Origin: Octopus vulgaris | Lineage: Eukaryota | Length of the DNA: 64,000 nucleotides | Assembly: GCA_951406725.2 (NCBI GenBank) | Contig: OX597817.1 | Span: 147,808,001 to 147,872,000, forward strand | Reading direction: 5' to 3' | Shown: positions 51,561 through 64,000 of the stretch, one piece after another | How positions within the stretch are numbered: the first letter of the stretch is position 1 | How the letters are laid out: each line of letters begins with the position of its first letter | Notes under the pieces: model-generated | The model's database searches: none | What the model was told of the DNA's origin: nothing | Seen by the model: only the letters and a program-made list of their open reading frames with translations | Position numbers and translations under genes: made by a program

Positions 51561-54500
51561 ACGATATAATTATATCACTGGAATATGCTCGTTGTTTGTA
51601 GCAGAATATCAGTCACCCAACGGTACTGTCATCTTTTCGAGTGCGTCGAGAAAGTTTAGCATATGAGCTATAGGTTAGTTTAGGTCACAGAGACGAAGTC
51701 ACAATTCAACAGTTGAGAAGTGCTTGCAGTGTTAAATAATAGTGACCCATCTAACAGGCGAGGAACACTTTCTTGGATGCACCCTATACTGAGTGCACAA
51801 AGACATCTATGTATCTGTGTACATATGTGCATATGTATGTGTGTATGACTGTTTGTGTGTGAGAGTGTGTATTTAGTGGATGGTGTGCCTAATGGTTTAC
51901 GAATGTTTTATGCACTGTGCAAGAAATGTGAATATTACTAGAAAATGACTTTCAATCAAATTTTGTTAATAATTAGAAGTTTCATTCTACCTGGAAGTAA
52001 GTAGTTTTGTCCCTATAGTGAATATTTAGACTTTAGGGAAAATTCTTGACAAAATAATCTAATCCAGTTAAACACCACGTTCCTGGCCCCTGGCTGCTTT
52101 TAACCTACTTTATACTTAGAAACACAGGGGTCCGGTTTTGGGTTTAGTTAGACCCTCATTACTTTTACTCATCAGCAAGAAACAAGTGATGGACGTTGCC
52201 CGACTACTAATAGCTAACTCATTAAAATAAATGTAATTAAAGGCCCTTATTGAGCTGATGTCAAATGTGATTTTAAGCTGTCATGATAAAATATGGAATA
52301 TGAAACAGTATTGTTGGAGAGTAAAAATTGGATTCAGGATTTTTAAACATCCAATATAGTATTATTCCAATGAGATAATCATAGCATGTGATTAAACGTA
52401 CCTAGTGAGACGGTTTCCTCATCAAATTCATTTGAATATACGTATTATGCATTAAGATTTACATAGACCTTATCAACGTTCTTATGCCGCACTTCATTTT
52501 TATTAGACAATACATTGAATCTTGAAACACAAGTCATTGGAACAGGTGTAGAATAAAACATGAAATCATTGAGATCCTTTTATGTCCTCACCCCTCACCC
52601 ACACAAATGTGCATTAGGTTCAAGAGCGAGAGAGAGAGATAGAGATAGAGAGGAGAGAGAGAAAGAGAGAGAGAGGGAGAGAGAGAGAAAGAGAGAGAGA
52701 GAGAAAGGGACAGGGATTCTTTTCTTTGGTAAAAAGAATTTTTTATCCTGTAGTTTAGAGTTTAGAGGCAGGCAACATTTCTAGATGTTTACAAGGGCCA
52801 GAAATAGCCAAAGGTTTATACATTAACTCCTTTTCCGTCCAAGATCCCAATAGCAACAGTTCACCAGTGCGTGAAGGCAACCTCCTTCTGGATATCAAAT
52901 TTAATGACATTTTTTATGTATTACAAACAATTTCGGTAATACTGCAAGCATTTCATTAGATTTCTTTAATAAAGTATAATTAAAATATAATTCAAAATGA
53001 CAAATATTTTTCAGAACATCTACAAATTTGTAAATCATTCAGAATTGAGAAAGATATTAAGTTACTAGAAAATAAGTTGAAAATAAAAATAAGAATGCGT
53101 AAATGAAGATAATATAAAGTTGGTATCGAGATTGATTTGTACAATTGCTATGACATCTATTGAAACGGAGATATATTTCAATTTTGCGTTTTCGTAAACA
53201 AGTAGTTTTTTTTTTAATAACAAAGAAATATTCTCAATAAGAGTTTGATATCAATAGCTAACATTGTGAAAGGAAAAACGAAGACAAATAAAAAATAGAA
53301 TAATATGTAACCTGATAGTATCCAATCTGAGAAATAATATTTCCCGTAGTATCTATGGAGCCGTGTAAACAGATATCTTGATTCGAGTTAAATTCTAGTG
53401 ATGTAAACCCATTTTGAACGATCATTAATTATATTAAATGGAGGCAGTAAATTTCCTCGCATCTGAAATGTATTTTCATAATGGCGATGAAATATTCCCT
53501 TCGCATCCATGTCATTCATTTGAAATGATGGGAAACCTAAGCTTCGTTTATTGACCCCAAAATGATGCTATGAAAGGTAAAAAAAATAAAACCGTAGTAA
53601 AATATTTTAACGTTTTTATTTGCTGTATTTTCGTTCATTATTTCTACATAATATTTCTTTTCATATGTATTTTTCTACCTTCTCTTTATCCACAGCATTT
53701 CATTTCAATACTTATTCAATTTTCGCTTATTTTTCTATTTCTCATCATTTACCTGATTCTTTGAATATTCCCTTTCCTTATTTTTTTCTAACACTAAGAT
53801 ATATTTCTCACATAATATGTTCAAGCTTTCTGTCAAAAACTCTGGCTCCCTAGCTTCAGACCATTTTAGAATTTCTTTTCCGTTGAATTACTTTATTTAT
53901 ATATTATCTATCACACTTCTACAATTCATTCTGGTATCCCACATTCTTCTAGGTTTATCTGTTTTTCCCAAATGTCTTCCCTTATTTCATGCAACTATAA
54001 TTCTGCGTTAAATATTTATTTTGAAGAAAAAAAAACGACATTATCCTAATGAAAAATAACATCTTTTCCAATCAAACTGACAATCTCTATTCCGAGACAA
54101 AATTTTGCAGTTAAAAATACTAATGATATTTGAATAGTTTAATTCAATTTTGAAAATATATCGAAAGAATTATGGACCTATCACAATTTCCTGTTCACTA
54201 CAATATTTTTGAACAAGTAACCAAAAAAAAAAAAAAAAAAAAAGGGGAAGATTAAAAAATTGCATTACATTCCATCGGATTTTTATTTTCTTGAAATTCA
54301 GAATACAGATATTATAAACATAAAATTTACACAACTGAAATTATAAAAATAACAGGAATAGTAATTTAATTGGCTTTTCACTGCTATAATGTGGAAACAA
54401 ATTAGATTAAATCTGGAAATTTCTCTGAGAAAACTCAAATTAAAATATCTCAATAGTAAAGTAAAATTGATATACATCAACATAGTAGGGAAGATTTCAA

Positions 54501-54724
54501 TGCAACAAGGTATTGAATTCCAATTAAGACTGCCTTATAAACGGGCAACTCCAGCTGTGTATATTCTCTTTCAGTGGTAATAATAAAGAATATTTGTTCC
54601 TTGTCAATATTTTCAGTTGCGTGTTGATGGAATCAATCGTATTCATATTTCAGTAGTCCTATGATGTACATATGTGTAATCTCCACTTGGATGATTAGCT
54701 GACTGTCCACATTCCCCTGTTGGC

Positions 54725-55045
<321 letters not shown>

Positions 55046-55063
55046 CTCTTTTCTATCTATATA

Positions 55064-55602
55064 CATGGGCTGGACAAAATAATGGAAACACTTAGCATCA
55101 TAGCATTATAATTTTGAAATATCTATAAAACCGTGAAAAGCTTGTTTATTTTTGTTTTTTATTTATTATTAGTGTTACTTAATATGTTTCGCTAAAATTG
55201 CTGCTTCTTTGCAGATATCAGAAAAAGGTAATTAAAATTTATTAAAATGACAGATTTATCGGATTTGCAAGGTGGTCAAATTGTTGGTGCTCGTATGACA
55301 GGCGCTATGTAACGAAAATAGTCGAAATGTTTGCTGTATCAAGAAGTACTGTCTCGAAAGTAATGACAGCCTTTGAGAAAAAAGGAAAACCTCCTCGTTG
55401 AAACAAAACTCCGGAAGAAAACCAAAACTTTCAGATAGGGACCGTCGGATTCTTACGCGAATAGTTAGAAAGGATCACTAAAGTACAGCTCCCAAAATAA
55501 CTGCAGAGCTTCATGACCACCTCAAGAATCCAGTTTCCACAGAACCTGTTCACCGGGAGCTGTACAAAACCAGATTTCAAGGAAGGGCTGCATTCAGAAA
55601 AC
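55064..55602 (+). mobile_element. Tc1-like transposon, left end + transposase N-terminus (pseudogene)
   Basis: TA|CATGGGCTGGACAAAATAATGGAAACAC; from ATG 55247: MTDLSDLQGGQIVGARM..VSRSTVSKVMTAFEK..SGRKPKLSDRDRRILTRIVRK..TAPKITAEL. Confidence 0.85.
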
Positions 55603-55635
55603 GTCGTAATTTATATATATATATATATATATATA

Positions 55636-55930
55636 AATTAAGAAATGGAGTTAAACGCAGGTGTTACTCAAATATTTATAATTCCGAGATATGTTTCGAA
55701 GAAAACATTAGTATTATTCGTGAGGGAATGAAATGTAAAACAATGTATTCATCTCGCCAGGGAATGGCTTATTGAGGTGTTTTGTTTCTCTTTTTTTTCT
55801 CTGACGAGATGATTACATTGTTTTACACCATTTTAGAGCCTCAGGAATAATACCTATGTTTTCTTCGAAACATATGTCGGAAGTATACAGATTTGAATAA
55901 CACTTGCGTTTAACTCCATTTTTTAATTTA
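55636..55930. repeat. Inverted repeat of pLTR-like units (~125-bp arms)
   Basis: 55636-55762 is a diverged reverse complement of 55799-55930. Confidence 0.85.
55797..55882 (+). ncRNA. Type I hammerhead motif with a long stem II region
   Basis: TTCT-CTGACGA(55801-55807)-G...C-GAAA(55867-55870)-CATATG-TC-GGAA; palindromic stem III ACATATGT; GUC triplet (55876-55878). Stem II pairing is weak. Confidence 0.6.
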
Positions 55931-56077
55931 TCTATGCTATTAAAAAAATTTCACTAAACCTTAGAAATTCTACCTTTATAAGTAGGCTGTTATATCCTTG
56001 GCCCTTACGTGAATTTTTGCTACTCTGGTAACTATCTATATATTTTTTCCGTGTTATTTGTACACATTGAAAAAATA

Positions 56078-56145
<68 letters not shown>

Positions 56146-56194
56146 AAGGTGGGGCTTCAGTAGGGCCGCTGTTAAATGACTGAAACAAGCAAAA

Positions 56195-56245
<51 letters not shown>

Positions 56246-56248
<3 letters not shown>

Positions 56249-56411
56249 GACGGGCTTTTTTCAGTTTCCGCCAATGAAATCAACTCACAATGTTTTGGTC
56301 TGCCCGAAGGTAGAGTAGAAGTCACTTACCCACGGTATCATGCAGTGGAACTGAACCCGGAGCCATGTGATATGGAAGCAAGCTTCTTACCAGATAGCCA
56401 CCCTTACGCCT
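56246..56411 (-). mobile_element. SINE family A, 5' half
   Basis: TACGACGGGCTTTTTTCAGTTTCCG...GAACTGAACCCGG...CTTACCAGATAGCCAC. Confidence 0.8.
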
Positions 56412-56444
56412 AATACATATACACACATATATACACACACACAC

Positions 56445-56479
<35 letters not shown>

Positions 56480-57559
56480 ATGTGCGTGCACACAAACACA
56501 CACACACACACACACGCATATATACATGTTTGTGTATATATACATACATACACGTGTACAGAGACACACACTTCTTATTTTAGCACTATGCATCATGATA
56601 TATTCTGCGTCTTCAATATTTATCAATTTAAAATTATTACTTTATTATCTTATATTGAATTTTGATGTTAGCCGTAGGAATGCACGAAAGAAGAAGACAA
56701 TAAAGCAACCGAGTTGGATTTGAAACAGTAATTTTAAAGCTTTACCATATTTGAAAAAAAAAAACTCAAAAAACCAACAAAACAAAAGAACCAAAACAAA
56801 AACAAAACAAAACAAAAAACCGACAAGCATAGACTCGTCTTTAAACCATTGCAGCATCTTTCAATAATTTTCCTGTTCCCAACATATTCCTCTCTTCTTA
56901 ACGTAGATTCGTCATAGATAACTAGAATAATTTTCAATAAGTTTCACTAAACCATATTCAAATTTATTTCTTCGTCTTCTGAGCTTTTATTCCATACTGG
57001 TTATGCATTCCTTCTTTTCATCTTAACATTCCTTTATTTGTCCATCGTTTAGTGTTTTCTTTTGGCAATCTTCATCTTTTATATTTTATTGTTTTGTCAT
57101 TTTCAGCTATTTCTATTATTTCTTAATTGTTATTCCATAATTTCACGATTTTATCCATTATTCATTCATTATCAGTCTTATTTTTTTTTCTCGTTTCTTT
57201 CACACTTTCGTCTTATTTGAATATCTCATCCTTTCTTTAAGCTAAAATGTGTTAGAGACACCTCCAGTGTAACTTGGGAGGGCATTCACCATAGTTACAC
57301 TATTGGGATGCATAATAAAGCAATAATTATTGAAAGTGGGGCGGGACAAATGCTATGGAAGCAGATGTTAGGACAAAATATGGCAAGACGGCGAAAACAG
57401 AGAAAGCAACAAAATAAACAGAATTTAAGCGGTAGCTACTGCTGTGGTGTTGTCGTCACGTCATCGATGATAAAAGATTTGAAGAAAATAAATTTATTGT
57501 ATTGAAATGACAATTGCTGAATGTCTAATGGAATTGGGAAAATATGAGCTGTAATAAAA

Positions 57560-58350
57560 ACTTCGTGGAAGTATGCATAAATAGAGGTTGAGAGAAGGGA
57601 AGATAGGCAAGGGGGATGGAGAGAGGAGGAAACAGAGAGAAGGGGGTGCGATAAAACAGAAAGAATGGGAATGAAAGGGAGAAAGTGAAAGGATGAGAGG
57701 TATTTGCGAAATATATAAGCTGCATATAATAAACATGGTAGACAAGTCAATGGAGAAAGAGGCAGGGATATATAGAAAAGACAAGAGGTGAGAGAGATAG
57801 AGAGAGTGAAGGTGTGTGGGGAAAGGGCGGGAGAGAGAGGAAGAAGAGTGTGAAAGAGAAATTAAGAGAGAAGTTAAAAGCATAAAGAAGGGGAGAAGAG
57901 AGATGAAATGATAAACAGAGATATATAGGATATAGGAAAGACGTTATAAAATATGATATAGATGGATGAATAGAGAAGAAGGGAGTGAGAGAAAGGAGAG
58001 AAGGGGAGGGACAGGTATGGGTATATAAAGACAAGGCATTTTAAATAGAATGCCGGGAGTAAGTGTGAGTGATGAAGAGGAAGAGGAAAAAAACAAAGAA
58101 TCATATGGAAAGGGAAAGAGAGTAAAAAGCAGGAGGAAGTGAGATAGTAAGGGAGAGTAGAAATATGAACAGTGGAATAATCGAAAGATATGATGGGAAA
58201 GGAAAGGGAAAATAAACAGATTTTTAGGAAAGATGATCTATCATAATGAAAGACTGCAAATAGTGAGGGAGCAAAGCGCGAGGGAGCACGAAAGAAGAAA
58301 GAAAAGGGATATAAAGTCTAAGGTAAGTGAAAGTGGGGAAAAACTGAGGG
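57560..58350. repeat. Purine-rich low-complexity tract
   Basis: Strong G/A strand bias. Confidence 0.8.
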
Positions 58351-58879
58351 GTAGAACAAATTTATGAAATGGCATAAAAGATAAAATATGTTATACACAA
58401 ACAAACGCGCGCACACAGAGATATCTCTATCCGATTATGTGTATAAACGAAATAAAGTGTAAAGTGATGATGTACAATCTATATTTATTAGAAAAATTGA
58501 TAATGATTCTCTTGTTCCTTACTCAGAGTTTTACACTATACGCAGGAGGTTTATATGCAGGATCATTTGGAGATCCTTTGTGTTATCTCCCTTGGGTACT
58601 TGTAAGGTCATTCTATTTAGTCACGACTGATGATGCGATGGCATGTGTTTCAAATTTATGAATAGATAAATAGCAGCGTTTATAATATTTTCGTGTTGTA
58701 GTGGTGAAGCGGCAGATAACCTAATCCGAGTTTATTGGCATCAAGGAAAAGTACTTCACGTAGGTGAATGGAGCAGGCGAGAGTCAACAGGTATGAATTG
58801 TGATCTTCGAGTGTTTGGAAGTGTTTTCTAGTAGCCTTCGACGATGTTGGCAATAGATCACATCTCTTTTAAAGAACTG

Positions 58880-59690
58880 TAGCAGGTTGCGCCAGAATTT
58901 AAAGTCTTTCAGTGAGACAGAGTCTACATTTCCGAGATAGGTTTATGCAAAAGTGTTTTTGAATGATATTTCAGTTGTCGGTTTTAGACTCTTTTGGCGA
59001 ATTGCAATGAAGAAATATGTCTTTCAAATTTCTTTCACCTGAACGAATGGAAATGTTGTAGGTAGGAACGTTGAAAGTGCTTGCAACGAGTAGTGGTTCG
59101 ATTGCTTCTTATAAACTTTCTTTAGAGTTATTATTATATTAGATGTTGATAATTACAAAATGATCAATAGAACGATAGGTGTATGCTCTGAACAAGGAAG
59201 TTGTGCTGTCCATATAGAAATAACTAACCATAAGGTTTTGTGAGATGAAGACCTTAAGTGGTTTATTAGCATGTGAGAAAAGATATCTAATAGGAGGGAG
59301 CAAATTACTGGCTACGCGCGAGAAGACGTCTACGCCATATTAAAGGGAAAATCACATTGGTGTCCTCCTTCATGATCTGCCATGATTTCTGGACTGTGTT
59401 ATTTGTGGTTTTATTCACACAAAATAGATTTGCATTCATGTTGCTCCAAAGAAAAGTCATTTATGTTAGGGGCTTCAATGTTCAAGATATGCATGGCTTA
59501 GAATAAAACAGATATTCTCCTAGGTATTTCGGGTGCAATGTTCTGATGTGGGTGGAATATTATGTATTTTTTCCACGTACACATTATTCAATATCGATCT
59601 TTCGTTTCACATTTCTACGCATTTACCCGCTGCTTTACAGTCTGACTATGTACCATTTGTTAGCCTCATAGCTCCCTCACAATCTTACCT
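58880..59690 (-). mobile_element. Heavily decayed Naiad-type PLE (RT C-terminus to GIY-YIG)
   Basis: Minus-strand fragments ..NIPP..RRISVL..; HANKPLKVFISQNLMVSY..; RKCRLCLTE occur in the same order as in 2309-4132. Confidence 0.6.
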
Positions 59691-59738
59691 GTCTTATATG
59701 CTTCTATGCGTGATTTTTTCTTCCTTCCTCTCTCTCTA

Positions 59739-59794
<56 letters not shown>

Positions 59795-59795
<1 letters not shown>

Positions 59796-60168
59796 TCTTT
59801 TATTCTCTTTTACTTGTTTCAGTCATTTCACTGCGGCCATGCTAGAGCACCGCCTTTAGTCGAGCAAATCGTCCGCAGGACTTGTTCTTTGTAAGCCTAG
59901 TACTTATTCTATCGCTCTTTTTCGCCGAACCGCTAACTTATGTTGGGGGGGGGGGGGCAAACACAGACACACAAACATACACACACATACCTATATATAT
60001 ATATACATATACACGACAGGCTTCTTTCAGTTTCCGTCTGCCAAATCCATTCACAAGGCTTTGGTCGGCCCGAGGCTATAGTAGAAGACACTTATCCAAG
60101 GTGCCACGCAGTGGGACTGAACCCGGAACCATGTGGTTGGTAAGCAAGCTACTTACCACACAGCCACA
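59795..60168 (-). mobile_element. SINE family A
   Basis: Colinear with 6040-6453. Confidence 0.9.
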
Positions 60169-60882
60169 GAGTCAATATATATATTCCTGGTCGAGACTTA
60201 AAACTTCATCAGTGTTGTATTTACCAAAAAATTTCTTGATGCTCTGAAAACATGTTATATTGTAGCTCTATTGTAGTTTCTACAAATACACATATAGTAT
60301 AACAAGTGTTGCTATATGGTAGTAAATCTTACTTCCAAATCATACATTTTTGGGTTCAGTCCCGAGGGTAACTGTTATAGAGTGACTTTGTTCGTTCCTA
60401 GTGTTCTATAAGTCATTCCTGGCCATGGGGAAGTATTACCTCATTTGGAAAGAGCCGAGGGTTGACGACAGGAAGAGCAGTAATCTGCATCAAAAAATTC
60501 CGTCTAACCCATACAAGTATGGAAAAGTTTATGTTGATTAACGTTTATGATGATAATATCATGACATGTTTACACAATCACATTTCTGATTAGAAGAAAA
60601 CATACATTAAATGCAATCTGAACATATACGGCACTAAACGTGGAAATCACAACGGTAGATAGAAATCATTAATTCTTACGTTTTAATTAAAAATTCCTCG
60701 GGTATATTTTAAATGAATAGTCAATAAGACTCGTATATATTATATATTTACTTCCGCAGAGCATTTCCTAACAATTTATCTAAATCTGTAGCTTGAAGTT
60801 CTAAATTAATGGAGAATGTTCATTCATTGATATATTCATGTAAAATTCGTATTAACGTGCCTATATGTATGTACGTACAAAC

Positions 60883-60928
<46 letters not shown>

Positions 60929-61109
60929 ACATCCGACTTGAAATAGTTACTTCCTGCACACGTAGGATTCTAAGGCGATGGAGTTATATGTACAAAACAA
61001 CCTTATACAAATATATGCGCACTATTCATAATTACGTATATACAGGTATAAAATACGTGTACATTTATATACGAGTGTAAACTAGTGCAATATAGACGCA
61101 CACACACAC

Positions 61110-61176
<67 letters not shown>

Positions 61177-61184
61177 CATATATA

Positions 61185-61555
61185 GGCGTAGGAGTGGCTG
61201 TGTGGTAAGTAGCTTGCTTGCCAACCACATGGTTCCGTGTTCAGTACCACTACGTGGCAACTTGGGCAAGTGTTTTCAACTATAGCCTCTTCGACCAAAG
61301 CCTAGACGGAAACAAAGGATCCCGTCGTATATATATATATATGTATGAATGTATGTGTGTGTGTATGTTGGTGTGTCTGTGTTTGTCCCTCCAGCATCGC
61401 TTGACAACCGATGCTGGTGTGTTTACGTGCCCGTAACTTAGCGGTTCGGCAAAAGAAACCGATAGAATAAGTACTAGGCTTACAAATTCCTGGGGTCGAT
61501 TTGCTCGAATAACAGGCGGTGCTCCAGCATGGCCGCAGTCAAATGGCTGAGACAA

Positions 61556-61558
<3 letters not shown>
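61185..61558 (+). mobile_element. SINE family A
   Basis: Runs from the head GGCGTAGGAGTGGCTGTGTGGTAAG to the tail GCAGTCAAATGGCTGAGACAAG. Confidence 0.9.
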
Positions 61559-61589
<31 letters not shown>

Positions 61590-61910
61590 CCAATGCGCAT
61601 AGCTCAGTGATTTGAAGGACGGACGCTAACCACAATAAGGAACCAAGCTCCCGGATGGGCTGTGTGCGTGTGTTCCTGAGTAAGGCACTTTATTTCACGT
61701 TCCTCCAGTTCACTCATCTACAGAAATAAGTTGCGACGTCACTGGTGCCAAGCTGTATCAGCCCATGTGTTTCCTGTGGTTAACATCGCTGGCATGGGGA
61801 GGGAAAGCTGGTATGCATGGGCGACTTCTAACCTTCCATAAACAACTTTGCCCGGACTTACACCTCAGAGGGCGCAATCTCGCGGTCACTTATAAACGGA
61901 GGTATTTACC
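61590..61910 (+). mobile_element. SINE family D-like (degenerate head) with an RTE-like tail
   Basis: CORE-like GAGTAAGGCACTTTATTTCACGTTCCTCCAGTTCACTCA plus the module shared with 46402-46572. Confidence 0.7.
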
Positions 61911-61924
61911 GTTTATATATATAT

Positions 61925-62070
61925 AACGGGAAGGTTTACGAAAATAACCAAAGACGAAGGCAGGTGGAGTATAAACAAACAAATGTATCAGTATGGCGCT
62001 CAGGAATAGAAATAGAACAAGTCTTTTACGCTCTTCGACAGAAAGATACACAGAAAAGAAACAAGGCGTA
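61925..62070 (-). mobile_element. pLTR-like repeat (variant-hammerhead family; 13-bp deletion in the motif)
   Basis: Homologous to 29415-29605. Confidence 0.65.
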
Positions 62071-62640
62071 CATAATAAATCTCTGAACGAGGTATAAACA
62101 GTAGCTACATGACATCGTGAAGTATAATTGCGACCTAAATGTGGCTAACCACTAAGGGTGGATGCTACTGCAGCTTTTGCCCCAGGAAGACATCTCTTCC
62201 TGCTGGCTATTAACACACTTTCTGTGCTCTGTCAGTATTTGAAAAGGGAAGTCATTCTCCCCATCTTCAGCCTGACGTGATACACATGGACCCATGTCTC
62301 TGAATATTGACTCCTCGTATCTTTAGATTAATCCACCGTTCATTCTTCTACTCTCCCTTATTATTTTAGTTCCTCCTGCTTTTTACTCTCTATGATTCTC
62401 CACATGATTCTCTCTCTTTTCCTCTTCCTCACTTTCATTTACTCCAGGCATTCTATTTAAAATGCCTTATCTTTATATACTCACACATGGCAATGGCAAG
62501 TGGTTCTCAATGCAAATATATATATACTTTTTCCAGTGACGAAATGTCACTGATCTCGAAAAAGTGGAAACAAGCAATAATAAATCTCTCTATATATATA
62601 TACGTGAGTATGTGCGTCTTTATTGCATTATCTTGCACTC

Positions 62641-62721
<81 letters not shown>

Positions 62722-62739
62722 TATATATATATATATATA

Positions 62740-63228
62740 AATATTGTTATATTTCGGAATGGTCATATTGCCAGTTTAGCCAATAAAAACACACGCACTA
62801 TATATTTGGTGTTATTTTGCTTCAGTGATATTTAATTTTTACATTAATCTTAATCTTATTTCGGCCAAAGTTCTTTCGTCACACTCCTGTGACCGCATCA
62901 GTGGTCCTTTGTTTTCTTCTCACTTATTTGTGTCTCTCCTTACTAACCGTCAGCCATTTTTATTGCATGTCTTCATTTGCGCATGCTTATATCTCTATGT
63001 GCGTCTTTGTTTATTTAGTGTGTGTGTGTGGGGGGATGCCTGTAATATTTGTATCTTCTGTTTATATACATTCTTGTAATTCGTATTTTGTTTTTGTTGT
63101 TGTTGCTTTTGTTCTAATTTTGTTCATGTGTTTACATCCACCCATTATTATCATTACATATGCTTGTATGTATGTATAACAACAATATTAGTAATAATAA
63201 TAATAATAAATCTAATCGAAAAAAAAAC

Positions 63229-63276
<48 letters not shown>

Positions 63277-63442
63277 ATATATATACACATATACATACAT
63301 AGATATATATACATATATATAGTTATTCATTTCTATCTGTTTATTTATCTGTGTATTTATTATGTTTTCAGGATCCTCTATCGTCATATGTTGTGGTGTG
63401 TGCTATTGCTCCATTCTAGTTTTCTATTCAGGCTAGGTTTAT
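62740..63442 (-). mobile_element. Inverted PLE 3' segment (ORF end + 3' UTR + pLTR with hammerhead-like motif)
   Basis: Minus strand encodes YKPSLNRKLEWSNSTHHNI*, then a UTR, then CCA-CTGATGCG-GTCAC..GTGAC-GAAAGAACTT-TGG (62863-62906); ends at (TA)n. Confidence 0.6.
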
Positions 63443-64000
63443 AGACTACCAGTACTAGACACTGAACTCTGGCTAGAAATTGTGAAAAATAAAACCCAAA
63501 TCCTTCATTCATACTATGCAAAACCTATGGCCTCAAAATACCTGATCCACCGGAACTCAGCCATTGCGGGCAATGCCAAATTCAATATTTTGATGGCAGA
63601 CCTCGTCAGAATAATGAGAAATGTGTCACGCATGTGCGAGCCTACAGAATTAAAGAGACACATACAGTATTTCATTCACCGCATGCAGTTCTCAGGTTAC
63701 AGCCATAAAGAAAGGATCAGAGTATACAAAGGAGCCATGAAGAAATTTGATAATATATTATGTAATGATAGGAATGGGATTTGCCCAATCTATAGGAACA
63801 AGTCATGGAACACTATAGAAAGGACAAAAAAGAAAATAGGGAAGGCCAACTCTTGGTATGATAGCCATAAATACCAGAGTGTCATGTTCGTTGACACCAC
63901 CCCTGGAGGTGAACTGGCGTACCGCTTTAGAAGGACCCTAGATAAACTTAAACTAAGAATTAAGGTTGTTGAAAAGCCAGGCAACCCTATCAGATCTATA
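63437..64000 (+). CDS. Penelope-like element RT C-terminus/thumb/linker, uninterrupted frame running off the window
   Basis: 188 codons without a stop: RLPVLDTELWL..YYAKPMASKYLIHRNSA..LVRIMRN..RMQFSGYS..CPIYR..WY..SVMFVDTTPGGELA..IKVVEKPG. The motif pattern is recalled for Hydra-type PLEs. It is missing from the ORF track because it has no stop in the window. Confidence 0.8.

Noticed and set aside
58625-58660. CTGATGA-TGCgatgGCA hairpin
   Set aside because: GAAAC is on the opposite strand, so there is no complete motif.

Overview
AT-rich, microsatellite-dense eukaryotic DNA with no recognisable host-gene exon. The repeat families suggest an octopus (coleoid cephalopod) intergenic or intronic region; this is inferred from remembered repeat sequences, not from a search. 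Most ORFs in the supplied track are artefacts of (TA)n, (CA)n, (TCTA)n, (TACA)n, (CAT)n and (GA)n repeats or of SINEs. The real content is mobile DNA: (1) four tRNA-derived SINE families (about 35 copies) with interchangeable modules; (2) decayed LINE fragments (CR1, RTE, R4/Dong); (3) Penelope-like elements (two Naiad-type relics and one open RT frame running off the right edge); (4) Tc1/mariner elements, a Helitron and a Helentron-like element; (5) a truncated tRNA-Glu pseudogene. Two observations stand out. First, a TSD-flanked LTR is followed by a 43-nt antisense copy of tRNA-Trp reaching the anticodon, then by a 9-bp copy of the LTR end (12758-13220). Second, there is a diverse set of type I hammerhead ribozyme motifs in short PLE/retrozyme-like units inserted in (TA)n tracts: four with intact cores, a recurring A6U-core variant family, and fold-back arrangements. 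All family assignments were made by eye.
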